Program-made: the position numbers and the translations under genes
Assembly: GCA_017654855.1 (NCBI GenBank)
Contig: CM030334.1
Span: 1,302,001 to 1,366,000 of the forward strand
DNA: 64,000 nt
Source of the DNA: Podospora anserina
Lineage: Eukaryota
Reading direction: 5' to 3'
In this document: piece by piece, positions 35,581 to 48,942 of the stretch
Layout of the letters: every line of letters begins with the position of its first letter
How positions within the stretch are numbered: the stretch's first letter is position 1
Notes under the pieces: model-generated
The model's database searches: none
What the model saw: the letters and a program-made list of their open reading frames with translations, nothing else
Told to the model about the DNA's origin: nothing

Positions 35581-38500
35581 CTACCTAATCTTCACCTTGA
35601 TGTACGGCACCTCCACATCCTCCCCGTCCGCATCCTCCGTCACCACATCAAATATCAGCTCCTTCTGATGCTCGGGAATCTTCTTCTTGCTCACCGTCTC
35701 GACCAGCTCGCTCAACTTCATCGGATACTTGTCCTTTCTCTTCGCAGGCGGGAAGAAGGACGCGTACAGCAAGCTCACGCCCGAGCTCACCATCGAGATC
35801 TCCAGGCCACGGGACTTGAAGTCATCGATCAACTCTTGCAGCGTGACATCATTGAACTCGAAGCGGTCCCAGATCTTGTCAAACGTCACCTTGCCGTCGG
35901 GACCCATGTACTCAACCTTGGGGCTGGCAATCGGCTCGCTGAAGCCAAAAAAGGGCAGGGCCAAGTTGATGAAGCCGTTCTTGTACTGCTCGATGTCGTC
36001 CTTGCCGTCGATGATCTTGAACAGCTCAAGGATGACCAGGCCGGTGACCAACGCCGTGGTGGTGGCGATGGCGGGAATGATCTTGCCGGCGATGAACTTG
36101 GTCTTGTGCCTATCGGCCTGCTCGATCTTGTAGTTGTCGGCACGCAGGTTGCTGGCGGCCGTGATGAAGTCAATGTGGTGGTTAGTATCATCATCCTTCT
36201 CAAACTCGACAGGAGTGAGCTTGAAGCCGGCAAGGGACTTGGGATCGGGAAGCTGCTTGATCAGGTTGCTCAGCTCAGCTTCATCATCAAAGGCAGCGCC
36301 GGCGTTCGGATCCTAAAACAAGTCAGCGAGATCATTCTAGGGTTCCTCTTCAGGCAAGACTTACAGGCTCCTTCTCGTCGGCCTGAATCTTGACGTTGGA
36401 ATCAGGAGAAAAGTCGGGAACAATCATCGACTCCAAGGCCTGGATGTAATCCTGCCTTGTCTTGTCCTTGACATTGATATTGTAATTGAAGGCATGCAGG
36501 TTGGTCGCCGCCACGATGAAGCTGTAGTGAGTGGGATTGTTCACATCAAACTTCAACGGATCAGGCGCGCGCTTCGGCCCAGACCAGAATGGGGTGCCGG
36601 TAGACGAGACAGAGTCCTTGGGGAAGTTGTAGAGCAGCTGCTGAATAGCATTGTTGTATTGCTTCTCGAACAGCATGCGACCCCACTGAACGCAGTCCTC
36701 AAAGGTGAGAGCCCGGTCATTCTTGAGGTAATCGAGGAGCATCTCGAGGGTGGCCTTCTCGTTGCCGCCCTGCTTCAGAGTGGTCTCGAGGTAGTTGGAC
36801 TGGGTAAGATAGAGGTTGGCTGTCTCGGCAGGCTTGACAAACGAGCTCTCAAACAACTCACGAGCCCACGCAATGGTGTGCTCGATCTTGTTGGGGAAAC
36901 TGCGCAGAGTGCACATGGGGAAGGACTGCTCGGGGGGATCCTGAGAGGAGGAGTATGACTCGGTGATCTTGGGAAGGACAACCTGGGTGTTGCCCTTGGT
37001 ACCAAGAGTACCGCTCTCCAGCAGAGGCTTGTGGAAGAAGACGCATCTCCTGTCGACATATGTTCTCGCCTCAACGTTGTCGAGCGCATTGGTAACACCG
37101 TCCAAGTCGTTCCAGAAATCCTCGTTAAAGATGTGCTCTGTCTCGGGGCTGACACGGTCCTTCAGGGTGACGATGTGGCCGACCAATTCAGGGTTCATCG
37201 CCTGAACTGCCCTGGCGGCACAGTCGCTCTTCATCTGGCCGACATCCTTGGGCCTGAAGAGGAACTGCCTGTTGAGGTTGCTCTTCTCGATGGAATCCAT
37301 GTCGGTAACAGTGATCTTGCCGCGAGGACCGGTTCCGAGACCGATCATGGCCCAGTTCTTGAGCATTTCGCAGCCGATAGCACCGGCACCGACGAGGAAC
37401 TGTCTGACGTTGGCGACCTTGTCTTGGAACTCGCGGCCAAAGACGGCAATTTGGCCATCATAGCGAGCTCCGGTGGGCTGGCAGAGCTCCTCGGTGCGGG
37501 CAACACTCGTTGGGAGTGATTCAAGCGAGTCAAAGTACATGAACTGCTGCACGGGGTTGAACTTTCCAGACACAGCCTTGAGCACTTCTTGAGCCGCGAG
37601 GCCGCCGAAGAAGGCGGCCATTGGGTTCAGGTCACCAGTAGCCTGGTAGCTGAGCTCCTTCAGGAGCTTCTCATCCCACTCCACCTCGATTCCCTCGGCT
37701 TGGGCGAACTGCTTGGCCGAGCTGATCACGACAAGCGCATCCTCATCGTTCATGGGCCGGGGAAGACGACCATGGGTCTGGGCAAAGGCATGCACGGCTT
37801 GGAATCCGATGTGAAGCTGTTGTGGGCGATCAAACTTGGCAAAATCAGAGATGACAAATTCAGGCTCTTTCATGGCAGCAGAAATGCTCTTGAAGCTGAT
37901 GAACTTGGGCATCTTGACCTGCTGATAGAGACCTCCGCGCTTGTACTGCCCGAGACCTGACACGTCACCGATGGAAAAGGTGTATGGGCCCCTGACCGTG
38001 ACCTTTCGGGGCTCGGCACCGTTGAGACCCTCCATACCCTCCACCTCGGTAAACGTCACGTAGTCGCCATCCTCCAGCCCGTGCCGCGTCTCATCGAGGG
38101 CAGAGACCAGACCCTCCTCGTCGATGCCTGCCACTATACCACTGACGGGGTTCTCGCCACTGGAGTCGAGCACGGTGAAGTTGTTGCCGAAATCGCAAAA
38201 GATGTTGGCGAACAGGCCGGCTGTCTCGGCGGCGATAAAGTAGATGCCCTTCTCGTGGCAGTAGTCGCCGACGAGGACCTTGAGGTGCTGGGGCGTATTT
38301 GTTAGAACCACGACCTGGTACTTGTCAAACTGCGACAGGTTCTCGCCAAGACTATCAGATTGGTGAATGTGAACTGGTGTGTAGGCGTTGAGCTCGGCGA
38401 CACGTGGGGCCACGACCTGGTCGCGAGGCTTGCCGACGTCTTCGGGATGCAGGAAGAAGTTGGAAGAGAGGTCTGCGATGGCGACCGGGGCGGGATCGAA

Positions 38501-38808
38501 GAGGGAGACGCTCTTCACACCGGCGAGGGCGATGTTCTTTGCGATTTCGACACCGAGACCCTTTTGACCAACGATGAGGACGTTGGAAGCGCCCATGCGC
38601 TTCATGGCCTCGTGGCCCAAGACATAGAGCTGTCGGCTGTAGAGCGACTCGTCGATTTCGGTGGTGCCCACGACCGACTCGTCGACCTGCATCCGGGTGA
38701 CGAGGTCGACCTCCTCGGGGAGCTTCTTGTCCTGGATGGCATCAGGAGCAGTCAGTTTTGAGCCTGTCGGAGCTAGGGTTAACCAGCAAGGAGAAGACGA
38801 ACAGTCAT
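35581..38808 (-). CDS. uba1: Ubiquitin-activating enzyme E1
   Basis: Exons 38808-38803 (ATG ACT), 38731-36365 and 36312-35581. [47 protein letters not shown], active-site [45 protein letters not shown]. Confidence 0.98.
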
Positions 38809-39736
38809 GGTTTTCTTGAGGGAGATAGGCAGATCCCCGTCGGATACTTTGCGTTTCCCCAGCTTGACAGGTTTATGTGATGGCTGGTGGAGTGGTTTTT
38901 GGATTGTTGATGGTGGTTTGGGTGGTATTGCGGTTGCACCGGGCGAGGCGGCAGTTGAGTTGACGGGTAGAGTAGAGAGTTGGCGGTGCGAGGTCCCGGT
39001 CACAGGTCAGCCCCGCCACCGAGCTGGACTGCGGACTGCGCTGCGGGGGATGATGCGATGGATGGTTGGCTGGGTGCCTTGTGAGCTACCCTGGAGTGTA
39101 GAGTGGGGGCAGTGACAGCCTGGAAGTAACAGTAACAACGATGCCAACGGTTTTATTATTTGAAATGGTAAGTGTTGGTCTGTCTCTGACGCCGATGTTT
39201 GCAATTTTGTATCTATTATTACCAACAGAGAGCTCGCCTCACAGTAAAAGACAGCTTTTGTTTCGAGCTGTCAGAGCTGCATGGAATCTGATGGTGATTT
39301 CTAACCATCCATGGCCCATGGGCCATGATGGAATGCGGTTCCACCCCCTGGGGCTGCCTAGTGGGGCAACTGGCCCCGCCTTTCCCGCCAGGTACCCTTG
39401 GCCGTGCAATTGATGAGAAGGAACAACTACTGTTTCGCTCATCGACTTTTGACTTCGATTACAACTTTTTTCCCGATGAGCTTCTTTCATGGTCGGGGAC
39501 GGCAAGAGTCATGATGCGTGATTTTGATGCTTCCAAGTGGGTAATAGAAGTCTTTCTTTTTCTCTCTCCGACACACACATCGTCGATGAAAAGAGATATC
39601 TGGCAGGATAGGTATAACCCTAGAAATACAAAAGGGCTTGCTAATGGCAACAGAACGTAAGGCTCAAACTTCCAATATCTCCTCTCTTGCTTGTGTCAAA
39701 AACCAAAGAATCTCTCCACCACAAAGTCGTGTTGAA

Positions 39737-40364
39737 TCACTGAACGGCTTTTAGATAGACGTCACTAAGGTAGGCAGAAGCAGGGTTAGCAGAGGTTCAG
39801 AGGCTCAGATGAGTCAAGCCAGTCGGTGAGTGTCAAGAGAGCACTTACAAGATCAGATCCGCATTGGGTGGGATGTGGCCGCGGAATCCTCTGTTAACAA
39901 GCGCTTGGTTAGTCATTGTCTGTGACTAATCGCAGTATAGGTTGGTAAGGTAACTAGTAGTCGCGCATACTTTTCGCCATAGCCATAGTCGCTGGTGATA
40001 TCAAGCGTGGCTCTCTCGCCAACCCTCATGTCGAGGACCGCCTCATCCCAACCTGGATATACTGTCAGCTGACAGCTTGTCACAGCGGTCCTGTTACTCG
40101 ACATGCGTACCTCTAATGAGTTTCCCGATCCCGATCTGAGTGGAAAAGTCTCCTCGACCGACGGAGGAGTCAAACCTGAGGTAGGGGTGATCGTGTTAGT
40201 TGGTTGCATTTAGAGAGAGAGAAGCAGGTTGTCACTCACTCCTGGCCCTTGTTTTCTGGTTGGCTGGCGTCTTTTAACCAGCCAGTGTACTCGATGACGA
40301 CTGTTTGTCCAGGGGCAGGTGAAGGTCCGGTCCCGTGGACATGGGTTATTCTTGTGACGCCCAT
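39737..40364 (-). CDS. FKBP12-type peptidyl-prolyl cis-trans isomerase (113 aa, 5 exons)
   Basis: Exons 40364-40240, 40175-40111, 40052-39971, 39890-39849 and 39764-39737 total 342 nt. MGVTRITHVHGTG...IEYTGWL...FDSSVGRGDFSTQIGIGKLIRGWDEAVLDMRVGERATLDITSDYGYGEKGFRGHIPPNADLIFDVYLKAVQ. TATATAAAA at about 40512-40520. Confidence 0.95.
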
Positions 40365-41230
40365 GATGCTGTTGATCTGTGGGGTTGTTGGAGTTGTTGG
40401 AGGATGTAGAGTGTGAGAGTCAAAGGTAGTCGTAACGAGCTCGGAAAAGGACGGACAAGAGTGTGGCATGGTCTGGAAAGCAACGTAGGATCTGGAGACG
40501 AGCCTTGTCCTTTTTATATATCAGGACCCTTCGTCTTGAGGTCCCCTCAGTACCTACATGGTACCTCGGGGCTCGGAAGCCACGGCCGGTACTTTGTCGC
40601 TGCTAAAACACTGACTGACAGATCAGATGGGAGATGGCCGTGTCGATCGATTCCCGTGCCCCCGTCACCGGCCAGTCCCCAGTGGTTCTATGCTAGCTCG
40701 ACCCTGCAATCTTAGTCTGCGGTGCTGGTGTTGGTGGCATCCCACATCGCATCCAGGATGCTGTGATGGATGAATCTGGTCGCCGAACTGGTGTGTAAGA
40801 CCCCGGTCCTGGTTGGCTGCACGGCAGAAGCAGCAGCTAGATCTGGCGCGGGGCTATCCGTGGGGTTTGGTCTTCTCGAAGCGAGATTCTCTGATGACCC
40901 TCTGTGACCCCTTCACTTTTACCGCATGCTGCATGTACCCAACCTGCCAATCTGCTTTTTTTGCATTCCCCAACACCAAGATATTGGGATGGCCTTTGAA
41001 CACGGGAAACGCCTAAGCGGTACGTAGCGGCAAGGGTGGGCACCACCACGGGCCGACGCCGACAACGGTCCATCACCCCCCTAGGTTACCTTCAGGAGAG
41101 AAACCTAGGTACTGTGTAGGGTAGCTTCGAACCTCGTCCCAGCACAGCGGTGGGACAAGGGTGTAGCTTGTAGCGAAAAAGACCCGCCTGTGCCACCAAA
41201 CCGTTGCTGAACGGTGTGAACCTCACTCAA

Positions 41231-41262
41231 ACCTCAACTCACTCAAACCTCAACTCACTCAC
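41231..41262. repeat. Short tandem repeat, 16-nt unit ACCTCAACTCACTCAA x2 plus a partial copy
   Basis: Direct duplication visible in the sequence. Confidence 0.7.
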
Positions 41263-44200
41263 AACAGTGGAGGCCACCCCCCGCCTTGTGCTCCAACGAC
41301 ATGCGAATGCCTTGCGGGCAATACCAGACAAATGACAGAGTCTCAGTCTCAGCTTCACACTCTCGACAGCCACGCCTGATTCCAAGACACGCCGAGAGAA
41401 AGATGGGGGAGGGGTCAGCTTCATGATGGACGCCCAACGACACAAGTGGGAAGACGAACAGGAAAAAGCATCCGGGGCGGGTATCGTGATGTTGCTGGGG
41501 TGGGGATGGACCCTTCTGGCATTTCTGTCGGGTGCCCCGATCATGTACATACATGCGGAGCAGACGCAGGACGGCATCCAACATGCGCAAAGAGGGCAAA
41601 CCGTGGATGGTTGGGCTCCAGGGCAGTTCTCGGACAAGAAACCCAATCTCCATACCGATATGGAGTGCCATTGCTCCAGCTGCAAGAGCCAGGGCAGGAT
41701 GCCAGCGTGCATAGATGCCGCATGACACCAGGGCTAGCCCGACTCGTCGACGGGTTCAGATCTCGTCTTTCCCCTACGGTGCCTATTCCTCGACGCTGGC
41801 CGCGGCAACACGACGATATCTCGCAATGAGCGATGACGTAGCTTGTCCGCTGGTACGGACGGCTCCATCAAAAAATAGCTTGATGCGTTATGGGTATGTC
41901 GCAGTCCAGGGCCCAACAGGAGAAACCTCGCTATTGCTCGCCTTTCCCGCGGCTGTTCCTGCCGCTCGCTGATGCCATATCGGGCCGGTGAACACAAGAG
42001 AACCTGGAGAGGAGCGTACAGATCCATCAGGGTCAGGCCGGCCAAGTAACACGGAGCCAATTATCCGCCTAACGTTGCTGCCGTGAGTGGTTTTGAAGGA
42101 GCACACGAACGGACAAGGCACATGTGTGTGCAAACTGGCATGATACCCCCATTTCCATGAGACTCGGGGGTCTCTCGCTGGTTGCAGGGCAAGGATTCAT
42201 GGGGTTCATGACGGGCGATGGCAGAAGTTGTCCCGATCTGCACCACCAGCACCTGCGAGCCTATCACATTGGCAGCCAAACAGCGAGTGTTATGCCAGAT
42301 AGATTGGACGTGACTGCCGCCGACTGATGAGTACGAACGCAGCACCGCACGATGTCGACCATGGTTCAGAGGGGGGCGAACATCCTTTGGGCTCACCATG
42401 GCACCCTGCATCCTGCTTTTCTCGCCCTTCCAGACATGCCATTCTATCTCACCCTTCCGGCCGATGTTCACAAACGGATAGGTAGCTTTATGAACGACCC
42501 TTCAGCCGAACCACCTGCAGCAAAGGTGCTCTTGCTGCCGAGCTCACCTTGTTGACGACAGCCCCATGCCGTGATGGGAATCTTGGTCTCCTCCGAGGCC
42601 CCAATCTATCGATCTAAGGATCTGCTGAACACAATGCCTCCAACCGTACGGGATGGAGCAAAATTCGGTTGGCAGCTCCCCCGGGCATTTCTCTCGGTTG
42701 CCATTGGCCCGAAGGCCCTTGGTCCCCCTCGTGACAAGATCGAGATCCGGCTCTAAAGGGACTGGGAAACACGTGGTGTCCCTAGAGTGGTGGAGTACGG
42801 CGTGTGACCACAACCTTGAACCTTGTGTGAGAGATTCTGCCGCTTTGATCTTGTACAAGTGGGTAAACAACCTCGAGATGGGATCTGTCCGTATTACGGC
42901 GATAGATGTACCGGGAGGGGGCGCGAATTCAACCTCCGGCTGCTCGCCCCAGGAGGCTTCTTTTTCATCCAGTTTTTTCCTGTCGGGGACACGGACAGGC
43001 GCAGGTTTGGCCTGATCATCATCGCATATCCCGTCACACTTGTGACAACGAATGCACCCCAAGGCTGCCCGATGCCTTTCGGCGCCGGCCCATTCTCCAT
43101 CGCCAACTCGTTTGAAGATGTGATGGGAGATGGAGTCTTCTGCAGGACCCAACAACTTGACATGACCCATCACCGAACAACTACTACCACTTGAGGAACT
43201 GGGAAATAAGGATAGCCTCGCCGGGTGGGAAGATAAGGCAGTCAAACCACAGACGGAACGTTGCAGACCTGTCGTAACACACTCGACGATATATCAACAC
43301 ACACACGCACACACACACATCTGGAAAGAGATATGAAACACGCATTCAACACCTGATGCGGCTGCGCACATGGTAACTTGCTCCGTGACAGATATTTTTC
43401 TTTTCCATCAGTCTTTCTCTCCCATAAGCCGATGCCGCGATGACATCCCGAGAAAGTCTAGACCGACCGAAAAGACCTGGGGGTTTCCTAGGATTCGGGC
43501 GCGAGACACATTTCTCACGTTCGCTGCCGATCGGTCAAGGTTGATTGACGAATGATGGATCAGTTCACACTTGTGAGACAATGCAGGTGAGTGGGCAGGT
43601 CGACAGACAACAGTCCGTGGGGGTTTTTTGCTAATAGTCAAGGTCAGTTATGACTGGTCGGCAACGAGAAGAGGGAGGGCTTCCACTACTCATCTAGAAA
43701 TTGCACATTGCAGCCCATTTTTGAAGATCAAAGAGCCAACTCACCGGCTGGTCGTACCCCTGATGTCCAACTGTCCTTGGTTCTCGCCGCCTCACAGCGC
43801 CGCAGGTCGTCTTGTTTGGACCATCACAAGATCACGACCGCGCCTCTCGCCATCAATGTGGAGCAGGTAGGTAGGTGGTTGAAGCGAGCCTAACAGACTG
43901 CTGGGGAAGTTGAACGAAGGAGATGAAACAGCTCGCCTCAATGTTCGGGCTTCTCGAGCGATTAAGAAAAGAAACTGGGACGTAGACGAGGCTGAGCAGC
44001 AACGGGCGCCGCTCGGGGAGGCTCAACTGACTTTCCGAGTGGCAGCCTGACGGATCACGGATGAGACTTCGATCCATGTCTACCTTTTTACTGGGAGAGG
44101 ATCAGGTCGCAGGCCATTGTCGATGGGATGGGTCCTATCTATCCGTTATCCGATCTTGACAGGGTGATATCCGCTTTTCTTTTTTTCTTCTTTTTTTTCA

Positions 44201-47015
44201 CCTACCTACCTACACGCCGCCAATCTGAGTGGAAGATCTCTCACTCGACCTAACATAGGGGCCACCATCACCAGCAGCTCCCAATCCAACAACATGTCCA
44301 GTAAAGGTGTGAAACACAACAACAAGATAACTCTGGTCGGAGTAGGTAATCAAAGCCAAATAAGGTAAACCATATGCATAATCCCCACACCTACCTTCAA
44401 CCAGAAGAGAAGTTGTTGTTGACAAATGCAACGCTCTCATCTCGGGCTTACCGCCCATATAAACCGATTCAACCAAAGGATTCAAGCTATCAATCTCACC
44501 TACCCAGCTGTCAAAAAAATAAAATCTAAAAAAACAATGGCACCGCAATTTCGGCGAATTATGTATCTCACCCGTCAACGTTGTGTTGCAAGGCTGCTTA
44601 CCTCCCTAGGTAGGTGCTCGCGCCAATTCCCAGATCCAAGGTTTGAGCTGCGTTGCGCGCTTAGAGATTAGGCTTGGCCAACGGTGATTGACAAGTGATT
44701 ACCCAATGGAGAGACGTGTTGGTGGTGGTGTTGGCTGCCATTCAGCCAGATGGCGAAGACTGTAAATATCCAAGATTGGAAGCTGCGCGTTCTTTAGTTT
44801 CGTCCCAGCAGCTCACCAGCCTTTGGCTCTCTCACCGGTTTTTTTTTTCTTCATAACTTTTCTGCAAGGACGGTAGGTTATCCAATCACGACTTGACAAG
44901 AGGAAAATTGGGCAAACAGTCCAATTAACAACCAACAGGATTTGTAGCCGCAGAAATCGCGATTGGCAAGACAAAACAAGGGAGCCACGAGACCGAGACC
45001 GAACCACCGACCTGATTTGACATGGCCGCTTAACAGACCCACGGTAAAGCAAGCGGTTGTTGGTTTGTTCCTCACCTCTTCACCTGCCCCCCGTGCTGTG
45101 GCGGAAGAGGCTCACAGCCGACTTTTGGCGCGGCGTGCGGCGAGGATGTTCAACTTGCGGCACAGAACGTTGACTTGTCTCTTTTCCGCGTTGGGTATCC
45201 TTCAACAGGAAAGAGCCTGAGAGCTGAGGAGACCTGAGGCGTGGAACGGTGCAAAGTACACGATCCGGTCCGTTTTGGTGCCATTCTTTCACCCAGTATG
45301 GTCCGTTTATGGTGAACCTGTGCAAAGGCGCCTCGGAAGGATCAGGTACACATGGCGCACGAGTAAACTCAGCAACAAGAACGGGACAGATCGTAACTGG
45401 GTATGGGCTGGAGCGAACGGTGTAAGGTATCACGGAGATCTCTCTCCCTCCCCCCGAGACCAAGGCGGGGCATGGTAAGGTAGGTAGGTTCAATTTTCAG
45501 CCCATCAAAAAAGGTTTTCAAGTTGCGCAGTTTGCTCAGCTTGTTCGTATCAGAGAGGGGGGAAATGTTTGATTTGCTTGTCTATCTTCCTCTGACAATA
45601 CGAGTAAGTTTACGCACGCAATTCACACACATACATCAAATACGATCTCATCTATTTCATTCCGAAGTGATGGATGCTGCGGTTAGTGTATCGTACCTGA
45701 AGGTGTCACCCCCGCATCTCCAAGGCAGGCAGTGCAAGCATGAACAATGACCATCACGCGGGGGAAGAGAGAGACCCTGCATCCAAGAACTGCTTTTTAT
45801 AACTTTAAACTCTTGTGGCTTCGTTGCTCTCTCTCTCTCTCTCTGATCAACAACATCACGAGAGATCACGACATCAAAAATCCTGGGCCACTGCTGATCT
45901 ACTGTGCCTGCTTTGATCTGCTGATGTAATACCTACCCCACCACCACCACCATCCCTTCTTCTCGACAGGATAGATATTGCGTACTTTTCCATTCCGACA
46001 ATTCACAGCCACGCGATCTGGTATGGAAGGGAAACGTGGAGCTGTTTGAGGGTAAGACATCATCGTTCGTTGAAGAGAGCTTCCTTCCGGAAATGGCCAG
46101 GCTTGAGGAGCGCGATGGAAACTATCGATATCCAAACCATGTGGGAACAATGGATTGCCCTATTATCGTTCTGTGCCGTCGTTAATCAACTCATCCAAAT
46201 TCTCACCGTTTTTTAACCCTACTGTCTTGTCATGGCACAGCGGGCGGCCACAAGTTGGCAGTCAGCTTCTAGAAGGTGCGGAGGCGGAACGCGGCGAGCT
46301 CACGCCCGAGGAATGAAGACGAGCTCACTTCTGGGACGCGCCATCAATCATATTCTGCCGTCCCGAAAGGGCGGGTTCTAGCCCGTCTCCCGTTTCAATA
46401 TATGTGCGAGAGAGGGATGGGTGGAGGAGGGGAGTCTATGTAGGGCAATGCGGGATGTGATAGCACATATGGAGAGGCAAACTTTTTGCTGGATGGATGG
46501 GTGCATGGTAATATAGTGGCGGTTAATCAACTGGGGGCATTCATCAATTCGGCTACAGTATCGAGATCAAGGTTGTCAAGTTGCAGGTGTGATATACACC
46601 GAGTCCATCGAAGTAGGTATAGTAGGACCTCTCCAGGGAGGCAAGGCAAAAAGATCGTCGCTGTATTGGCACTCTGCCGTTCTTCTGCCGGGAGGGGAAC
46701 ACGGAAAACTCGCCGATGAGAGAGAGTTTTCCAGCAGTGGAAAGATGCCGTCGGTGATACACCAGACAGATCATGGTGTACGTGAGCGGTGGTTCTCTTT
46801 TGCACAAACTCGACCGAGTTTGTGAACGGACCATAAAATACGACTGATGACTGCTGCCACCTGATACCTCGTGTTGAGTGCTAGCACTTATAGTGCCCGG
46901 CCGTGACACCAACAAGCCCGCCTGAATTTGATTGATGGATCAACGCTTCCTTCAACGGCTGTGACAGTTGACAGGCGGCGGCGGATGGCCTTTGTGACGG
47001 GTCGAGAATCAGAGC

Positions 47016-47065
47016 AGATCGGATCAGATCAGATCAGACCAGATCAGATCAGACCAGATCAGATC
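47016..47065. repeat. (AGATC)n pentanucleotide tandem repeat, 10 units with variants
   Basis: agatc ggatc agatc agatc agacc agatc agatc agacc agatc agatc. Confidence 0.9.
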
Positions 47066-48442
47066 AAAGTCACCACGTGTTGAAGAGGAGAGATGATCAT
47101 CGACAAAGACCTGGAAGATTGTTGAAGAATTGGAACGGAGAAACAGACGGGCTTTTGGATGATGAATTGCCCACACACACACACAACAACAGCGCGCAAA
47201 TGCAAGCTTTGAAACAGTATTGAATGATGGTCCAATAAGGAGAGCCCGCTTGTGCTGTAGTGGGCCCAGTCCTTAATTGAAGCTAGAGCTACCAGGTCAA
47301 GGCTACTTGTAGATGTGCTGCTGGAGGCTGCTCAGCACGTGGAGAAGGGAAGTATCCAGTACCTGAAACTGTCTCCCCAATTTTAGGTCCGGACTATGCA
47401 CCACCGTGCGACCGTGGGCCAATAACTGGCCGCTTGCCCCTTTAGTAAACGGCGGAGTCCGTTAATCTTGGACAGCTTCTCCTCTTTTCTCCCCAGGCAC
47501 CCGAAGCCTTTTCCACCCTTCTTGCAGCCCATTCCCAATGATAATCCATGGCTGTCTGTGGTGGCTCCATTCCATCCACCACCGGGCGGGCGGGCAGCGC
47601 AGGTTCAACGCGCGTCTCCAGCGTTCCCGTCTCGCAGAACCCCGCACTATTTTCTCAAGATATCACGATATCTAGGAAGGTAGTCTGTTAAGTTGTAGCA
47701 GAAGATGGGCTGGGTGTGAGAGTAAGAGATTAAAGCAAAGTGTCCACCGTTCGCTCCTCCTCCTGCTCCTCCCCTGGGGCACGGTCTGGTTTTTAATTTT
47801 TTGAACTCGTGGTGTCGCCGAGAGGGGCCCCTCCGTTTCAGGCGTTTAATCTCAAAGTCACTTTGCATAGACATTGGGGTCCACAGATACCCTCTAGCCT
47901 AACGGCCCTCCAAGCCAAGCTGGGAGCCCTGGTTCGTGTAATATTCCCACTGCTACCCTCACCTGCACCCTTGCTTGCAGCACAGCACTCCAGCACTCCG
48001 CCCCAGAGGTCTGCTTCCCCCCCCCCTTCCCTTTCCCAGCCCCTTGTGCCCTTGTTGTTTCTTCCGCTTCCTTTGGGGCTATCCTGCGCCTTTCGTTCGT
48101 TCGTTCGTTCCTTCTTCTTACCCCTTCCCTTCTCCTTCTCCCCCCCCCTTTCCTGCCAGTCGACATCTCCAACCCGGCGATTCTCTTCACCAACAAGTCC
48201 AAGACGACGTCGTTGCCACCAGACAACTCCGGGCGACTCGTCGACTTGTCCACCGAAGAAGACCCATCCCACCGGCGACCCTCCAGATGCCCCTTCTGAC
48301 ATGACCCGTGGACGCGATTACTCGAGACCACGAAGGTGAAGCACCAAGAAAAACCAGCAAAAATTCAAAGAACCACCCAATTGGACGATATCTCGTCAAG
48401 ACACTCTTTTTATCGCACTCGACGACCGAGTCGCAGCAAATT

Positions 48443-48816
48443 GTGAGTGAGTGAGTGAGTGAGCGAGTGAGGGCTGCATAAGGGGTTTAGGGGCGTACAA
48501 GAAGCCGGCCGACCAGTGCTGCGACCACGAGCACGGAAAAAAAGACAACAGCAATCTCTACCGTCTGCAGGGTCGATCGTGGGGATCTGTTTATGCAACT
48601 GAAGTCATCAGGGAGCGGGAAACCAGGTTTGCTAACCAAATGTCATCACGTTCAGAACACACACATACACACAGACATATACACACACTCGTTGATACTT
48701 TTGTTGTCAAGTACATTCATTATTCCATCCTGACAAAGTGAGTGTTGCCTCACAAAACACGAGTACGGGACCGGGCCCGGGGTGGCGCTGACAATGCATT
48801 GTTTGGGAATTGGCAG
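48443..48816 (+). other. Two putative 5'-UTR introns of msb2 (48443-48655 and 48738-48816)
   Basis: GTGAGT donors, GCTAAC/GCTGAC branch sites and CAG acceptors upstream of the msb2 ATG. Confidence 0.6.
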
Positions 48817-48942
48817 ACACACAACCACATACACCAACTCACACTTGCACACTTTTGGCGTCGGCCTCAAGGCTCATTCGATTCAATTCAATCTAACCAG
48901 CTTCGAAGACGCGAAACACACGCATTGGAAAACAGAGGGAGA

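Noticed and set aside
40365-40469. Upstream in-frame ATG extension of the FKBP
   Set aside because: It has acidic residues and no Arg, so it is not presequence-like, and the ATG is only about 45 nt from the TATA box and may not be in the mRNA.
47016-47065. Repeat array as CRISPR-like or telomeric
   Set aside because: It has no spacers, the context is eukaryotic and the unit is not TTAGGG; it is a simple microsatellite.
48742-48942. Longer N-terminus of msb2 proposed by the ORF track
   Set aside because: It starts at a non-ATG codon inside a putative UTR intron; the signal peptide begins at ATG 48943.
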